From contig NZ_JAQNDL010000001.1 in NCBI RefSeq assembly GCF_028368995.1, forward strand, positions 3,648,001-3,712,000: a stretch of DNA of 64,000 bases, read 5' to 3'. Position numbers and translations under genes: made by a program. The notes beneath the pieces are model-generated. The model saw nothing but the letters and a program-made list of their open reading frames with translations, made no database searches and had not been told where the DNA came from. Positions 19,927 through 31,100 of this stretch are shown here, piece by piece. The DNA is from Nannocystis bainbridge. GTDB taxonomy: Bacteria > Myxococcota_A > Polyangia > Nannocystales > Nannocystaceae. Positions within the stretch are counted from its first letter, which is position 1. Each line of letters opens with the position of its first letter.

Positions 19927-21075
19927 ATGATTCGCCTCCTCCCCGCGGCGCTGCTGGTCGGCAGCGCTGCTTGCATCTTCCCGCTCTCGCCCGACCCCAC
20001 CGGCTCCGACCCGGACACCGATGCCTCCGGGAGCACCACCGGCGCCGTCGACCCCGTCACCGGCGAGCCCGACCCCACCGGCGGCCCCGGCACCACCGCC
20101 GCGCCCACCACCAGCGGCGCCACCACCAGCGACGGCAGCGGCGAGCCCTCCACGGGCGGGCCCGACATCACCGGCGACGACCCCTCGCCGGCCCCGATCG
20201 TCACCGAGGTGTGGGAGTTCGACGCCATGGACCTCGGTGACGTCGACGGCGACGGCCGCCTCGACCTCGTCACCTCCGGCACCGGCGCTCCCCCGCGCAT
20301 CACCGTCTACCCCGGCCGCGGCGACGGCAGCTTCGACCGCGACGCCGCCGTCGACAGCCCGCTGTTCGGCTTCTCGCAGTTCGTCGTCGCCGACGTCACC
20401 GGAGACGGGCGCGCCGACGTCCTGGCCCATGGGACAGGTAGCCCGCCGCGGATCACCGTCTACGCCGGCGGCGACGACCTCACCGTCTCCGAGCTGGCCA
20501 CCACCCAGCTCTTCACCTTCAAGCACATGCACGCGGGCGACCTGACCGGCGACGGCCACGCCGACCTCCTGATCGGCGACGGCGACAGCTTCATGCCGTG
20601 GGTCCAGGTGTGGCCGGGCACCGAGAGCGGCATCGCCGACGCGCCGCTCTCCGCCGTCAATCCATGGGCCTACGCCCTGCTACGCAGCGGCGACGTCACC
20701 GGCGACGGCCACCTCGACCTCGTCACCGCCAGCACCGGCTCCCCGCCGCAGTTGTACGTCCACCCCGGCGACGGCGCCGGCAACCTCGGCGAGCCGCAGA
20801 TCGCGGAGATCTTCAACCTCTCATGGTTCGACCTCGGCGACTTCGACGGCGACGGCCTCGCCGACGCGGCGACCGACATCCCCGGCAACGCCTGGCGCTT
20901 TCAAGTCTACCTCGCCACCCAGGGCGGCTGGACCGACCCGGTCGCCCACGACGGCTTCAACTTCGTGCGCTTCGAGCTCGGCGACCTCGACGGCGACGGC
21001 CGCGCCGATCTCGTCGCCCAGGCCGCCGGTTATCCGCCCCGCGTCGAGGTCTACCTCGGCGCCGCGCTGCCCTGA
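19927..21075 (+). CDS. FG-GAP/VCBS-repeat lipoprotein
   Basis: Lipobox SAAC, T/G/P linker, six GD(V/L/F)(D/T)GDG..DL repeats. Confidence 0.88.
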   Translation: MIRLLPAALLVGSAACIFPLSPDPTGSDPDTDASGSTTGAVDPVTGEPDPTGGPGTTAAPTTSGATTSDGSGEPSTGGPDITGDDPSPAPIVTEVWEFDAMDLGDVDGDGRLDLVTSGTGAPPRITVYPGRGDGSFDRDAAVDSPLFGFSQFVVADVTGDGRADVLAHGTGSPPRITVYAGGDDLTVSELATTQLFTFKHMHAGDLTGDGHADLLIGDGDSFMPWVQVWPGTESGIADAPLSAVNPWAYALLRSGDVTGDGHLDLVTASTGSPPQLYVHPGDGAGNLGEPQIAEIFNLSWFDLGDFDGDGLADAATDIPGNAWRFQVYLATQGGWTDPVAHDGFNFVRFELGDLDGDGRADLVAQAAGYPPRVEVYLGAALP

Positions 21076-21109
21076 TGCGACCTGTCCCGCGAGACAGGTC
21101 ACGCATCCT

Positions 21110-21901
21110 TCAGCCCAGCGCCGCCAGCATCGTCGGGTTGTCGATGAAGTAGTGGACGCGACGCACCAGCCCGTCGCGGACCTGCCACACGTGGGCGATC
21201 GGCACGTCGTAGCGGCGGCCGTGGGCCCTTTCGGTCCCGCGGGTGCGGCCGAGCGCCACCACGTGCTCCCCGGCGTCGATGAAGCGCTCGAGCGCCAGCG
21301 TCGAGTCGAGCGCCTGCATCAGCCGCGCGAAGCACTGCTGCAGCCCCGTCTGGCCCTCGTAGTGCCCGCCCCACGGCACCTCCGTGGATTGATCGATCTG
21401 CACCTCGGGCGCGAACAGGGCCAGCGCCGCCGCCAGGTCGCGGCGAGTGAACGCCGCGTACACCTGCTTCACCACCTCCACGTTCGCGCGCCCCTCCGTC
21501 GCCCCCGGGAACCACTCCACCTGCTGCTCGCCGCGGCGGCCGTGGTACACGACCCGCTTGCCGTCGATCCACACGTCGTAGCCGACGCAGCCGGCCGCGC
21601 GCGTGCGCCGGACGAACTCGGGGTACTTCACCGCGCCCTCCTGGGCCCCGCGGACCGCCGCTTGCACGGCGATGCCGTCGAACTCGCGGGCGATGGCCGG
21701 TTCGGCCAGGGACAGCTCGAACGTGCACACCTGGCCGTCGGCCGTGTAATAGGTGCTCCGCCCCGCGCGATAATCGACGTGGTACGACTCGACCCCCGCC
21801 GCCGCCAGGCGCGTGACCACGGTCCCGAAGTCGATCGTGCCTGCGTGGGACTGCCGCGCGCAGTCCTCGATCGTCGCCATATTCACATTCGGATTCGTCA
21901 T
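21110..21901 (-). CDS. DUF1398 domain fused to SnoaL/NTF2-like domain
   Basis: N-half GVESYHVDY...AGCVGY.V.IDG; C-half NVEVVKQVYAAF..RD...PWGG.Y.G...AHVWQVRDG. Confidence 0.8.
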   Translation of the reverse strand: MTNPNVNMATIEDCARQSHAGTIDFGTVVTRLAAAGVESYHVDYRAGRSTYYTADGQVCTFELSLAEPAIAREFDGIAVQAAVRGAQEGAVKYPEFVRRTRAAGCVGYDVWIDGKRVVYHGRRGEQQVEWFPGATEGRANVEVVKQVYAAFTRRDLAAALALFAPEVQIDQSTEVPWGGHYEGQTGLQQCFARLMQALDSTLALERFIDAGEHVVALGRTRGTERAHGRRYDVPIAHVWQVRDGLVRRVHYFIDNPTMLAALG

Positions 21902-21920
21902 ATACCCTTCGCTTGCGCCC

Positions 21921-22388
21921 CTAATCGACGGGGGCACTCGTGATGTGGTGGGTGCGGGCGATCTCCTGCAGCACGCGCATCAGCTCGTCGCGGGCTTGTC
22001 TGGGCAATCGACCGAAGAATTCCTGGTCGTTCGCGTCGGCCAGGGCGGCCAGTCGGGGCACCAGGGCCCGCCCTTCCGCCGTCAAGGCCACCGCCTGCTG
22101 CCGGCGATCGACCTGCGACGGCGAGCGCGTCGCCAGCCCCTTGCTCTCGAGGCGGTCGATCAGCTTCGACACGGCCCCCTTCGTCATCCCCAACGACTGC
22201 ACCAGCGCCCCCGGCGAGCCGCTGTCGGGGCCGTAGAGCTCGCGCAGTACCACCCACTCCGACACGCTCACCCCCGACGCCTCGACCTTGAGGCGAAACG
22301 CGTGGGACACCTGGTTGGACACCAGCCGCAGCCAGTAGCCCAGGTGCGCCGCGAGCCCGCTGACCTCCTCTTGCGCCCCAGCCGTCAT
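21921..22388 (-). CDS. MarR-family regulator
   Basis: wHTH GMTKGAVSKLIDRLE.KGL..R.....DRR...V.LT. Confidence 0.92.
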   Translation of the reverse strand: MTAGAQEEVSGLAAHLGYWLRLVSNQVSHAFRLKVEASGVSVSEWVVLRELYGPDSGSPGALVQSLGMTKGAVSKLIDRLESKGLATRSPSQVDRRQQAVALTAEGRALVPRLAALADANDQEFFGRLPRQARDELMRVLQEIARTHHITSAPVD

Positions 22389-22397
22389 TGCCCGGTC

Positions 22398-22426
22398 GTT
22401 GTAGTTTCCGTGGAAACTATTGTCAA
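22398..22426 (-). promoter_or_regulatory. Sigma70 promoter of marR with palindromic operator in the spacer
   Basis: Minus strand TTGACA-N17-TACAAC; operator tagtttcc-gt-ggaaacta at 22402-22419. Confidence 0.8.
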
Positions 22427-22627
22427 CTTTTTCCCGCGGCGCGCGCCTCGCCGGCGGTTTGGGCGCGGCTGCGAGCACGGCGCCCCGTAATGTCGAGCTC
22501 GGCGAAGCGACCGCTGCCGATGCCGACGGGTAGAGCGCCCAATTATTTCTGTGGGGAAACAAACACTGTTACTATTGGCTTCTTTGTCTCTGCTCGGGAA
22601 TAATGGCTGGGGAGAATCCCAGAGATA

Positions 22628-23527
22628 ATGGATCAGCTACTGGCGATGCGGGTCTTCGCGCGAGTCGTCGAAGCCGGCAGTTTTACGCGCGCCGCGGCCT
22701 CTTTACAGATGCCGAAGGCCACAGTGACCAAACTGGTGCAGGGCCTGGAGGCGCGTCTGCGCGTCCAGCTGCTCGAACGGACCACGCGGCGCGTCACCGT
22801 GACCGCCGACGGCGCCTCCTATTACGAGCATACGGGCCGCCTGCTCGGCGAATTGAGCGACATCGAGGCCACCCTCAGCCACGCGCAGAAGAGCCCGCGC
22901 GGCCGCCTGCGCGTCGACCTGGCCACCGCCACCGCCTGCATGCTCATCATCCCCGCGCTGCCGCGGTTTCAGGCGCTGCACCCCGACATCGAGCTCGATC
23001 TCGAGATCAGCGACCGGCTCTCCGGCCCCATCGGCGAAAATGTCGATTGCGTCATCCGCGGCGCCGCGTATGACCTCGCCCACGTCTCGCGCCGGCTCGG
23101 CGCCGTTCGCTGGGTCACGTGCGCCACGCCCGGCTACCTCGAGCGCCACGGCGCGCCGCAGCACCCGCGCGACCTGGAGGACAGCGAACAGAACCTCGTG
23201 GCCTACGTGCCGCCTGCGACGGCCCGGCCGATGGTGCTGCATTTCGAGCGAGACGGCGAGACCCTCGCCATCAAGGGCCGCTGCCGCCTCTCGATCAACG
23301 ACAGCCAGGCCCACCTCGTCGCCGCCCTCGCCGGCCTCGGCGTGGTCCAGGTCCTCGAGTGCATGGCGCGTCCTCACCTCGAGCGCGGCGAGCTCGTGCC
23401 CGTGCTCACCGACTGGCAGCGCCCGCCCCACCCGATCTACATCATGTATCCGCAAAATCGCCACCTCAGCGCCAAGCTGCAGGTGTTCGTCGATTGGGTC
23501 GCCGACCTGTTCGCCCCACACAGTTGA
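22628..23527 (+). CDS. LysR-family regulator (DmlR/CrgA-like)
   Basis: MDQLLAMRVFARVVEAGSFTRAA...LEARL.VQLLERTTRRV. Confidence 0.93.
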   Translation: MDQLLAMRVFARVVEAGSFTRAAASLQMPKATVTKLVQGLEARLRVQLLERTTRRVTVTADGASYYEHTGRLLGELSDIEATLSHAQKSPRGRLRVDLATATACMLIIPALPRFQALHPDIELDLEISDRLSGPIGENVDCVIRGAAYDLAHVSRRLGAVRWVTCATPGYLERHGAPQHPRDLEDSEQNLVAYVPPATARPMVLHFERDGETLAIKGRCRLSINDSQAHLVAALAGLGVVQVLECMARPHLERGELVPVLTDWQRPPHPIYIMYPQNRHLSAKLQVFVDWVADLFAPHS

Positions 23528-23786
23528 CTACCGCGCCGGCCGGTTCGCACGTGTGAATCCCCGATCGCACGGATGGGCGGCTCGCCCTGCTCGCCCGAAT
23601 CATGACACCCGCCCACCTCGACGCCCGTCGCATCGGCGAAACCTCGGCGTGTGGGCGGGGTTTCAGCGGCCATTGTGAGCCCCGCCCATGACACCGCGGC
23701 CGGACGTGTCACGACATTCGGGTCGTGAGCCTCCCGCCCGGCGCGCCGCGATCCTTCGCCACGGCGCCGGCAGCTACCCCGGCATC

Positions 23787-24089
23787 ATGGCGAACATGCA
23801 TTGGCTTGTCCCCTTCATGCTCCTGCTCGGCGCTTGCAACCACGATGGCAGCACCGAGACCGGGTCCTGCTATTACAGCCCGCGCGTCGAGGTGCCGCGC
23901 GATGAATACGACGCCGCCGAGGAGGACGGCGAGCTGCCGCAGGAGGCCTGCGAGGCGCTTTGCAACAAGTACCTCGAAGTCGAGGACTCTGGCGGCCCCG
24001 AGCAGGTGGAGGCGCCCGAGTGCATCGTCGAGGTCCGGGGGGCCGAGCTCGTGACCATGGATTGCCAGGTCCCGACCGGCTGCGCCTGA
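23787..24089 (+). CDS. Small Cys-rich lipoprotein
   Basis: Lipobox LGAC; six further Cys; acidic. Confidence 0.7.
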   Translation: MANMHWLVPFMLLLGACNHDGSTETGSCYYSPRVEVPRDEYDAAEEDGELPQEACEALCNKYLEVEDSGGPEQVEAPECIVEVRGAELVTMDCQVPTGCA

Positions 24090-24099
24090 GCGGCGACGG

Positions 24100-24471
24100 T
24101 CAGTCGTTGCTCGTCACCCGCTGGATCGCGTCGAGCAGGTCCTTCGCCTGGAACGGCTTGGTCAGGAACGCCAGCGCTCCCGCGCGGAGGCACTGCTTGC
24201 GCACGTCGTCGTCGCCGTGCGCCGTCAGCACCACCACGGGCAGCCGCGAATCGCGGCGCCCCAGCTCGACCAGCAGATCGACCCCGCTCATGCCCGGCAT
24301 CCGCACGTCGAGCACCAGCGCGTTGATCGCCGCCACCTTGCCCGTCTCGAGGAACGCCTCGGCCGACGGGAACGTCTCGACCAGGAAGCCCGTCGAGCCC
24401 AGCAGGTTGCCGAGCGAGCGGCGCAGCGAGGCATCGTCGTCGACGATCGCAATCATCCGTTCCTCCGTCAT
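24100..24471 (-). CDS. Single-domain response regulator
   Basis: IVDDD, LDVRMP, LTAH, KPF; ATGA overlap. Confidence 0.9.
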   Translation of the reverse strand: MTEERMIAIVDDDASLRRSLGNLLGSTGFLVETFPSAEAFLETGKVAAINALVLDVRMPGMSGVDLLVELGRRDSRLPVVVLTAHGDDDVRKQCLRAGALAFLTKPFQAKDLLDAIQRVTSND

Positions 24472-25127
24472 CTCGCGCGCGCTTCCTCGCCCGGGCCGAG
24501 CTGCCCGAGTCGGACCGCGAAGCGCACCAGCTCGGCCACCGAGCCCGCGCGCATCTTCTCCATCACCTTCGCCCGCTGCTCCTTGACCGTCGCCTCGCGG
24601 GTCCCGAACTCGGCCGCGATCTGCTTGTTCAGCTGGCCGGCCACCACCCCGCGCATCACCTCGCGCTCGCGGAGCGTCAGCGACTCGTAGCGGCTCGTCA
24701 GCGCCGCCAGGTCGTCGCGGCCCTGGCGGGCCACCCGGTCGCGCTCGATCGCCTCGCGGATCGCCGCGATCAGGCCCGCCGGCTCGAACGGCTTGGTCAT
24801 GAACTCGACCGCGCCCGCCTTCATCGCCCGCACCGACATCGGGATGTCGCCTTGCCCGGTGAGGAAGATGATCGGCAGGGTCACCTGCGCGTCGGACAGC
24901 CGCCGCTGCAGCTCGAGGCCGTCGAGCAGCGGCAGCTTCACGTCGAGCACCGCGCAGCCGCGGGCCTCCGAGTGGTCGGCCGACAGGAAGCTCTCCGCGC
25001 TGGGGAAGGTCTCGACGGCCAGGTCGACCGACGACAGCAGTCGGCTCAGGCTCGTGCGCACGGCCGGGTCGTCGTCGACCACGAAGACCTTCGGTGCAGA
25101 TCGGGGGGAGGTGGAGGTCGCGCTCAT
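24468..25127 (-). CDS. FixJ/NodW-type response regulator (receiver plus LuxR HTH)
   Basis: VVDDD, LDVKLP, AMKAGAVEFMTKP, LTLREREV...NKQIA. Confidence 0.93.
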   Translation of the reverse strand: MSATSTSPRSAPKVFVVDDDPAVRTSLSRLLSSVDLAVETFPSAESFLSADHSEARGCAVLDVKLPLLDGLELQRRLSDAQVTLPIIFLTGQGDIPMSVRAMKAGAVEFMTKPFEPAGLIAAIREAIERDRVARQGRDDLAALTSRYESLTLREREVMRGVVAGQLNKQIAAEFGTREATVKEQRAKVMEKMRAGSVAELVRFAVRLGQLGPGEEARAR

Positions 25128-28100
25128 CAAGAGCTCCGCGGCGTCGTCCGGGGCAGGGCCGTGAGGGAGAACCCGAATGTAGCACCGACGCCGGACGCGT
25201 TGGAATCGGCCCACAGGCGACCTCCATGTCGCTCGATGATCGACCGGCTGATCGCCAGCCCCATCCCGAGCCCGTTCGCCTTGGTCGTGAAGAACGGCTC
25301 GAACAGGTGCGCCGGGGCCAGCGAGCCGATGCCCACCCCCCAGTCCTCGACCTCCACCACCACGGATGGGTCCGCTTCGCCCCATTCGACGAACGTGCGC
25401 ACTGTGATGCGCCGTCGCCCCGGCTCGACGTCGCGCGACGCGTCGCTGGCGTTGAGGATCAGGTTCAGCACCACCTGTTGCAGCTGGACCGGGTCACCGA
25501 TCACCGGCGGCAGGTTCGGCTGCAGCGAAGTCTCGAGCACCACCTCCGCCTGCAGCAGCTGGCGGCGCACCACCGGCAGCGCCGCGTACACCACCGCCGT
25601 CAGATCGCACGGATTGGTCTCGATCGACGAGCGCGACAGCAGCGCCCGGATCCGCCGCAAGATCTCCCCCGCGCGGTTGCTCTCGCTGGCGATCGCCCCC
25701 AGCGACTCGCGCACGTTGTCGAGCTTTGGTTGCGGCGCCGACAGCCAGTTGGTGCAGGCCGCCGCCTCGGCGATGATCGCCGTCAGTGGTTGATTGATCT
25801 CGTGGGCGATCGACGCCGCCAGCTCGCCGAGCGTGGTGATGCGGGTGACGTGGGCGAGGTCGGTCTGGGCCCGGTGCAGCGCCGACTCGCTGCGCTCGAG
25901 GTCCAGCTCGGCGCGGCGGCGGGCCAGCGCGTTGGCGAACACCTCGCCGAAGATCCGCAGGCGCTGGCGGACCGGGTCGGTCCATTGCATATGGCGCGAC
26001 GTGCAAGCCAGGTTGAGCGACGCGATCGTCGCCCCGCCGACGATCAGCGGCAGCCCGATCACCGACTTGATCCCCATCGCCGTCAGCGCCAGCCGCTCCT
26101 CGGCTTTGTGGTCCGGCATGCGCTGGACGTCGTGGACCGGCACGTCCTCGCCGCGGCGCATCTCCTCCACGCTGTCGGGGAACATCGTCACCGTGTTCGG
26201 CGGCAGCCCCACCCCCGACTTGGCCCACGTGTGCGTCGTGACCGCGTCGTGGCCGGTGACCGGGAACCAGAAGATGAAGATGCTGTCGACCTCGAAGAAC
26301 GCGCCGAGCTGGGCCAGCATCGCGTCGATCTCGGCGTCGAGGCGGTCGGTCGGCGACGCGGCCAGGCGGCTCGAGACGAGCGAGCGCAGCGTCCAGAACC
26401 TGACCCGCGAGTCGAGCTCCTCCTCGGCCTGCTTGCGATCCTCGATGTCGGTGCTCGTGCCGTACCACTCGACGATCCCCTGCTCGTCGTAGAGCGGCTG
26501 GACCCGCGTCAAGAACCACCGGTACGCCCCGTCGGCGCGGCGCAGCCGGGCCTCGAACGAGCCCGGCTCGCCCGACTGCACCAGCCGCTGCCAGTGCGAC
26601 CTGGCCGCCTCCGTATCGTCGGGGTGGGTCGCGCTCGGGTGGCGCTGCGCCTGCGCCTCGGCCAGCGACAGCCCGGTGTAATCGAGCCACTGGCGGTTGA
26701 AGAACATCGCCGCGCCGTCGGGCCGGGCCGACCACGCCAGCGTCGGGATCGTGTCGATGATGCGCGTCAGTCGGTCCTCCGAGCGACCGGCCTCCGCGTA
26801 GAGGCGCGCGTTCTCCAGCGAGATCGCCGCCTGCGACGCCAGCAGCGTCAGCACCGCGATCCGCTCCGACGTGAAAGCGTGCGGCGTCAGCGTGTTCTCG
26901 AGCAGCAGCACCGCGACCAGCTGCGACGGCTTGGCCAGCGGCAGGCACAGCAGCGAGCGACAGCCGTGCCTGGTGACGTATGGGTCGTCCGCGAACGGGT
27001 GCGCCTGCCGGGCGTCCTCGAGCAGCACGCTCTGGCGGGTGCGCGCCACGTACTGGATCACCGTCTCCGGCAGCGCCTCGGCCGGCGCCGACGGCCCGCG
27101 CAGCTGCACCGTCACCCCGTCCTTGCCGGTCGTCGCCACCGCCGCGACCTCGACCTCGCCGCGGGCCAGCGTCACCAGCACCCCGCGCGTCGCCCCTGCG
27201 CTCTCGACCGTCGTGCGCATCAACGCCTCGATCAACCGGTCGAGCACGATCTCGCTCGACAGCGCCTGCGAGGCCCGGATCACCGCCGCCGCGTCGAGCC
27301 GCTCGAGCAGCGTCTCGCTCGACGGCATCACCGCCGGGCGACCGGCCCGCAGCCGCCGCGCCAGCAGCTCCACCTTGCCGCGCGCCCCCCAGCGGTCGTA
27401 GAGCGCCTGCGCCTCGCGGGTGTACGCCGCCGCGATCGTGGCGAACCCGCGGCGCTCGTGGAAGCGCGCCGCCAGGTCGTTGGCGATCGCCTCGAACTGT
27501 ACGAAGCCGGCCTCGCGCGCCAGCCCGATCGCCCGCTCGTACAGCCGCTCCGCCGCCAGCTCGTGACCCTGCAGGCGGGCCAGCTCCGCCTCGACCAGCG
27601 CCGCCTGGCAGCCGAACGTCGGCGGCGAGTCCACGGCCCAGGTGACCAGCTGGGTGTGATGCGCCGCCACCAGCGCGACGTGATCGCGCCCGGGCGCGCC
27701 GTCGCTGACCGCCGCGTGGGCCAGCGCCGAGTACAGGTGGAACTCGGCCTCCTCGTAGAACAGCGCCGCCAGCTCGATACTCTCGTGGGCCCGTGCGGCG
27801 ATGGCTTGGGCCTCGGCGAAGCGCTCGAGGTGGAAGCAGGCCTGGAGCTCGCGGATCCAGCGAAACACCGCGAGCAGGGCGCCGGGGATCGATCGGTCGT
27901 CGACGAGCCGGGCTTCGGCGGTCGCGGCCGAGGGATCGTCGAGCGGCGCGCGCAGGGTCCGGATCAGCGCGAGCTGGGCCCCGATCAGGTCGACGGCGAA
28001 GGCGTAGCCGGCCCGGCGCGCCACGCCGAGAGCGGCCTCTGCCTCGCGCAGCACCTCGGCCAGCGGGGCCCCCGCGGCCAGGCGGAACGTGATCGCAAAC

Positions 28101-31100
28101 CCGGCGCAGTACGACGCGTAGGTGAGGTCGCCGCTCTCGAGCGCGGTCTCGCCGGCGCGCCACGTGATCGCATGGCTGGCGCGCAGGTGGCTGGTCCACG
28201 GGATCACGTTGGTGGCGAACACCATCTGCACGCGCGCGGCGTAGCGGTCGAGCCCGCGCCGCTCGACCAGGTCGGCGCTCAGCCGGCCGAACCGGTGGCC
28301 GTCGCGATAAGCGGCGAAACGCGGACCGATCACCGTGCCGAGCAGCGAGAAGGCCAGCGCCGAGCCGTCGGTGATGCCGTGCTCGAGGCTGAGCAGGACG
28401 ATGTGGACGATCAGCAGCGCGTAAAGGTTCTTGTCGGCGAAGTACGCCGGCGTGGTGAACAGCGACAGCACGTCGACCGTGGCGCGCCGCCCCGGGTCGG
28501 TCATCGGCGGCAGGTCGAACAGCGACTCGATCGTGCGCTCGCCCATGCGCGCGCGCATGCCCTGGTACTGCGCCCGCACCTCCGCGTCGGTCGGCGCCGG
28601 CGGCAGCGCGATGCCGACGCTGCGCAAGTAATCGAGGCAGATCGGCACCACCCGATCGAACCTGTCGGAGGTCGTGTACAGGTGGACCTGCATGCACACG
28701 ATCGCCGCCCGCTCGATCGGGTCGCTCACGTGCGAGGCCAGCCGCGACAGCCGCGCCTCGGCCGAATCATTGGCCCCGTCGAGCCGCTCGCACTCCGCCA
28801 GCGCCAGCTCGATCGGGAACGTCAGCGCCGGGCAGCGCTGCCAGCGGTCGGCCGGCAGCAGCGCGTTCGCCTGCGTCAAGTAGCGGTGCGCCTGCGCGTA
28901 CGCGCTCGAGGCCCGCGCCCGGCCGCCCGCCAGCAGGTTGAGCTCCGCCAGCAGCAGCCGCTCGTCCTCCGCCGCCACCAGCGACGAGCCGGCGTTGTAC
29001 TGATTGACGACGTCGAACACCGCCTCCTCGCGCCGCTCGCTCGGCGTGCTCGCCAGCAGTCGCTGCGCGATCCGCCGGTGCGCCGCCGGCCGCTCCGACT
29101 CGGCCAGCAGCGCATACGAGGCCTCGCGCACGCGGTCGTGGAGGAACGAGTAGGCGCCGTCGAGCTGGTACACCAGGCCCGAGCGGATCGCCTCGGCCAG
29201 CGCCGCGTGGATGTGCTCGCCGTGCACGACCTCGAGGATCCGCGCCGGCGCGGTGTGACCGAGGCAAGCCAGATCCTTCAGCGCCTCGCGGGTCGCCGCC
29301 GGCAGGCCGCCGAAGCGCGTCATCATCAGCTCGACGACGTTGTCGGTGAAGTTCTGGGCCTGGATCCGCGCGACGTCCCACGTCCAGCTGCCGCTCACCG
29401 GGTCGAAGCCGATCAGCGCGTCGTCGTAGAGCGCGCCGACGAACTGGATGGCGAAGAACGGGTTGCCGCTGGTCTTCTCGAACACCAGCCGCGCCAATGG
29501 GCGCACGTGCTCGCGGCTGCAGCCCAGCGCCCCGCCGAGCATCTTCTCGAAGTCCTGCACCTGCAGCGGCGGCACCGCGATCTCCCGCAGCGTCGCCCCG
29601 GCCGCGGTCATCCGCGCGATCGCCCGCGCCAGCGCGTGGTCGCCATCCACCTGTTGGTCGCGATAGGCGCCGACCAAAAACAAATGCGTGACCTCGTCCT
29701 GCCCGACCAGGTGCTCGAGCAGCGCCACCGTCGCCTCGTCGGCCCACTGCAGGTCGTCGAGGAACAGCACCAGCGGGTGCTCGGCCGTCGCCAGGACCCC
29801 GAGGAACCGCCGGAACACCGCATAGAAGCGGCTGTTGGCCTCCTCCGGCGCCAGCTCGGCGATCGCCGCCTGCTCGCCGATGACCAGCGCCAGCTCGGGC
29901 ACCAGGTCGACGATCAGCTTGCCGCTCGGCCCGAGCGCGCGCTGCAGCGACTCGCGCCAGCGCCCGACCTCTTCCTCGCTCTGGGCCAGGATCCCCCGCA
30001 CCACGGTGCGCAGGCCGCCGGCGAACGGCGCGTACGGGACCTCGCGCGTCGACTCGTCGGCCTTGCCGCTGGCGAACAGCGCCCGCGCCGGCAGCAGCAC
30101 GCGCCGCAGCTCGCCGACCAGCGACGACTTGCCGGCGCCCGGATAGCCGGTGACCAGCACCAGCTCGCGCGCGCCACCCGATATCGCGCGGGCGAAGGCC
30201 GCCAGCAGCTCGTCGCTCTCGCGCTCGCGCCCATACAGCTTGTCCGGCACGCGGAGCCGCCGCGCCACGTCCTGGGCGCCGAGGCGGAACGGCTCGACGC
30301 GGCCGAACGACTCCCACTCGGCGAGGCAGCGCCGCAGGTCGGTGAGCACCCCGCGCGCCGACTGGTAGCGGTCCTCCGGCGTCTTCGCCAGCAGCTTGAG
30401 CACGATCGCCGACAGCGGCCGCGGCGCATCCGGCACCAGCTCGTGCGGCGGCCTCGGCTCGCGCGCCAAATGCCCGTGCAGCAGCTCCGCCGGGTCGTCG
30501 GCCGCGAACGGCAACACCCCGGTCAGCAGCTGGTAGAGCGTCACGCCGAGCGAGTAGAGGTCGCTGCGCGCGTCGGTCGACCGGTTCATGCGCCCGGTCT
30601 GCTCCGGGGCCACGTACGCCAGCGTGCCCGCCGGCACCGGCCCGCCGACGCTCTGGTGCTCGCGCCGCGACAGCGAGGCGATGCCGAACCCGGTGAGCCA
30701 CACCGCACCGGCGCGCGCGTCGACCAGGATGTTGGCCGGCCGCAGATCCTTGTGGGTGATGCCGCGGTCGTGGGCGCGGTCGAGCGCGATCGCCAGGCCG
30801 ATCGCCGCCCGCAAGAAGGCCGTCGTCTCCCACGCGCGCCCGACCAGCTCGGCCAGGCTGTCGCCGCCCGGATCGCGCAGCAACAACACGAGCCGCCCAC
30901 CGTCGCGCGCGAGCCCCAGCGGCTGCGCGCCCCACGACGGCTCGATGACGTGGCGCAGCGCCAGCTCGTGCTCGAGGCGCGCGACCGGCCCGCGCACGAC
31001 CAGCACCGCCGCCCCATCGCTGCGGCGAGCCGCCCGCGCGAGCCCGACGTCGCCCTCCTGCCACAGCGGCGAGCCGCCCATCAATTCGACGGGGAGGGGC

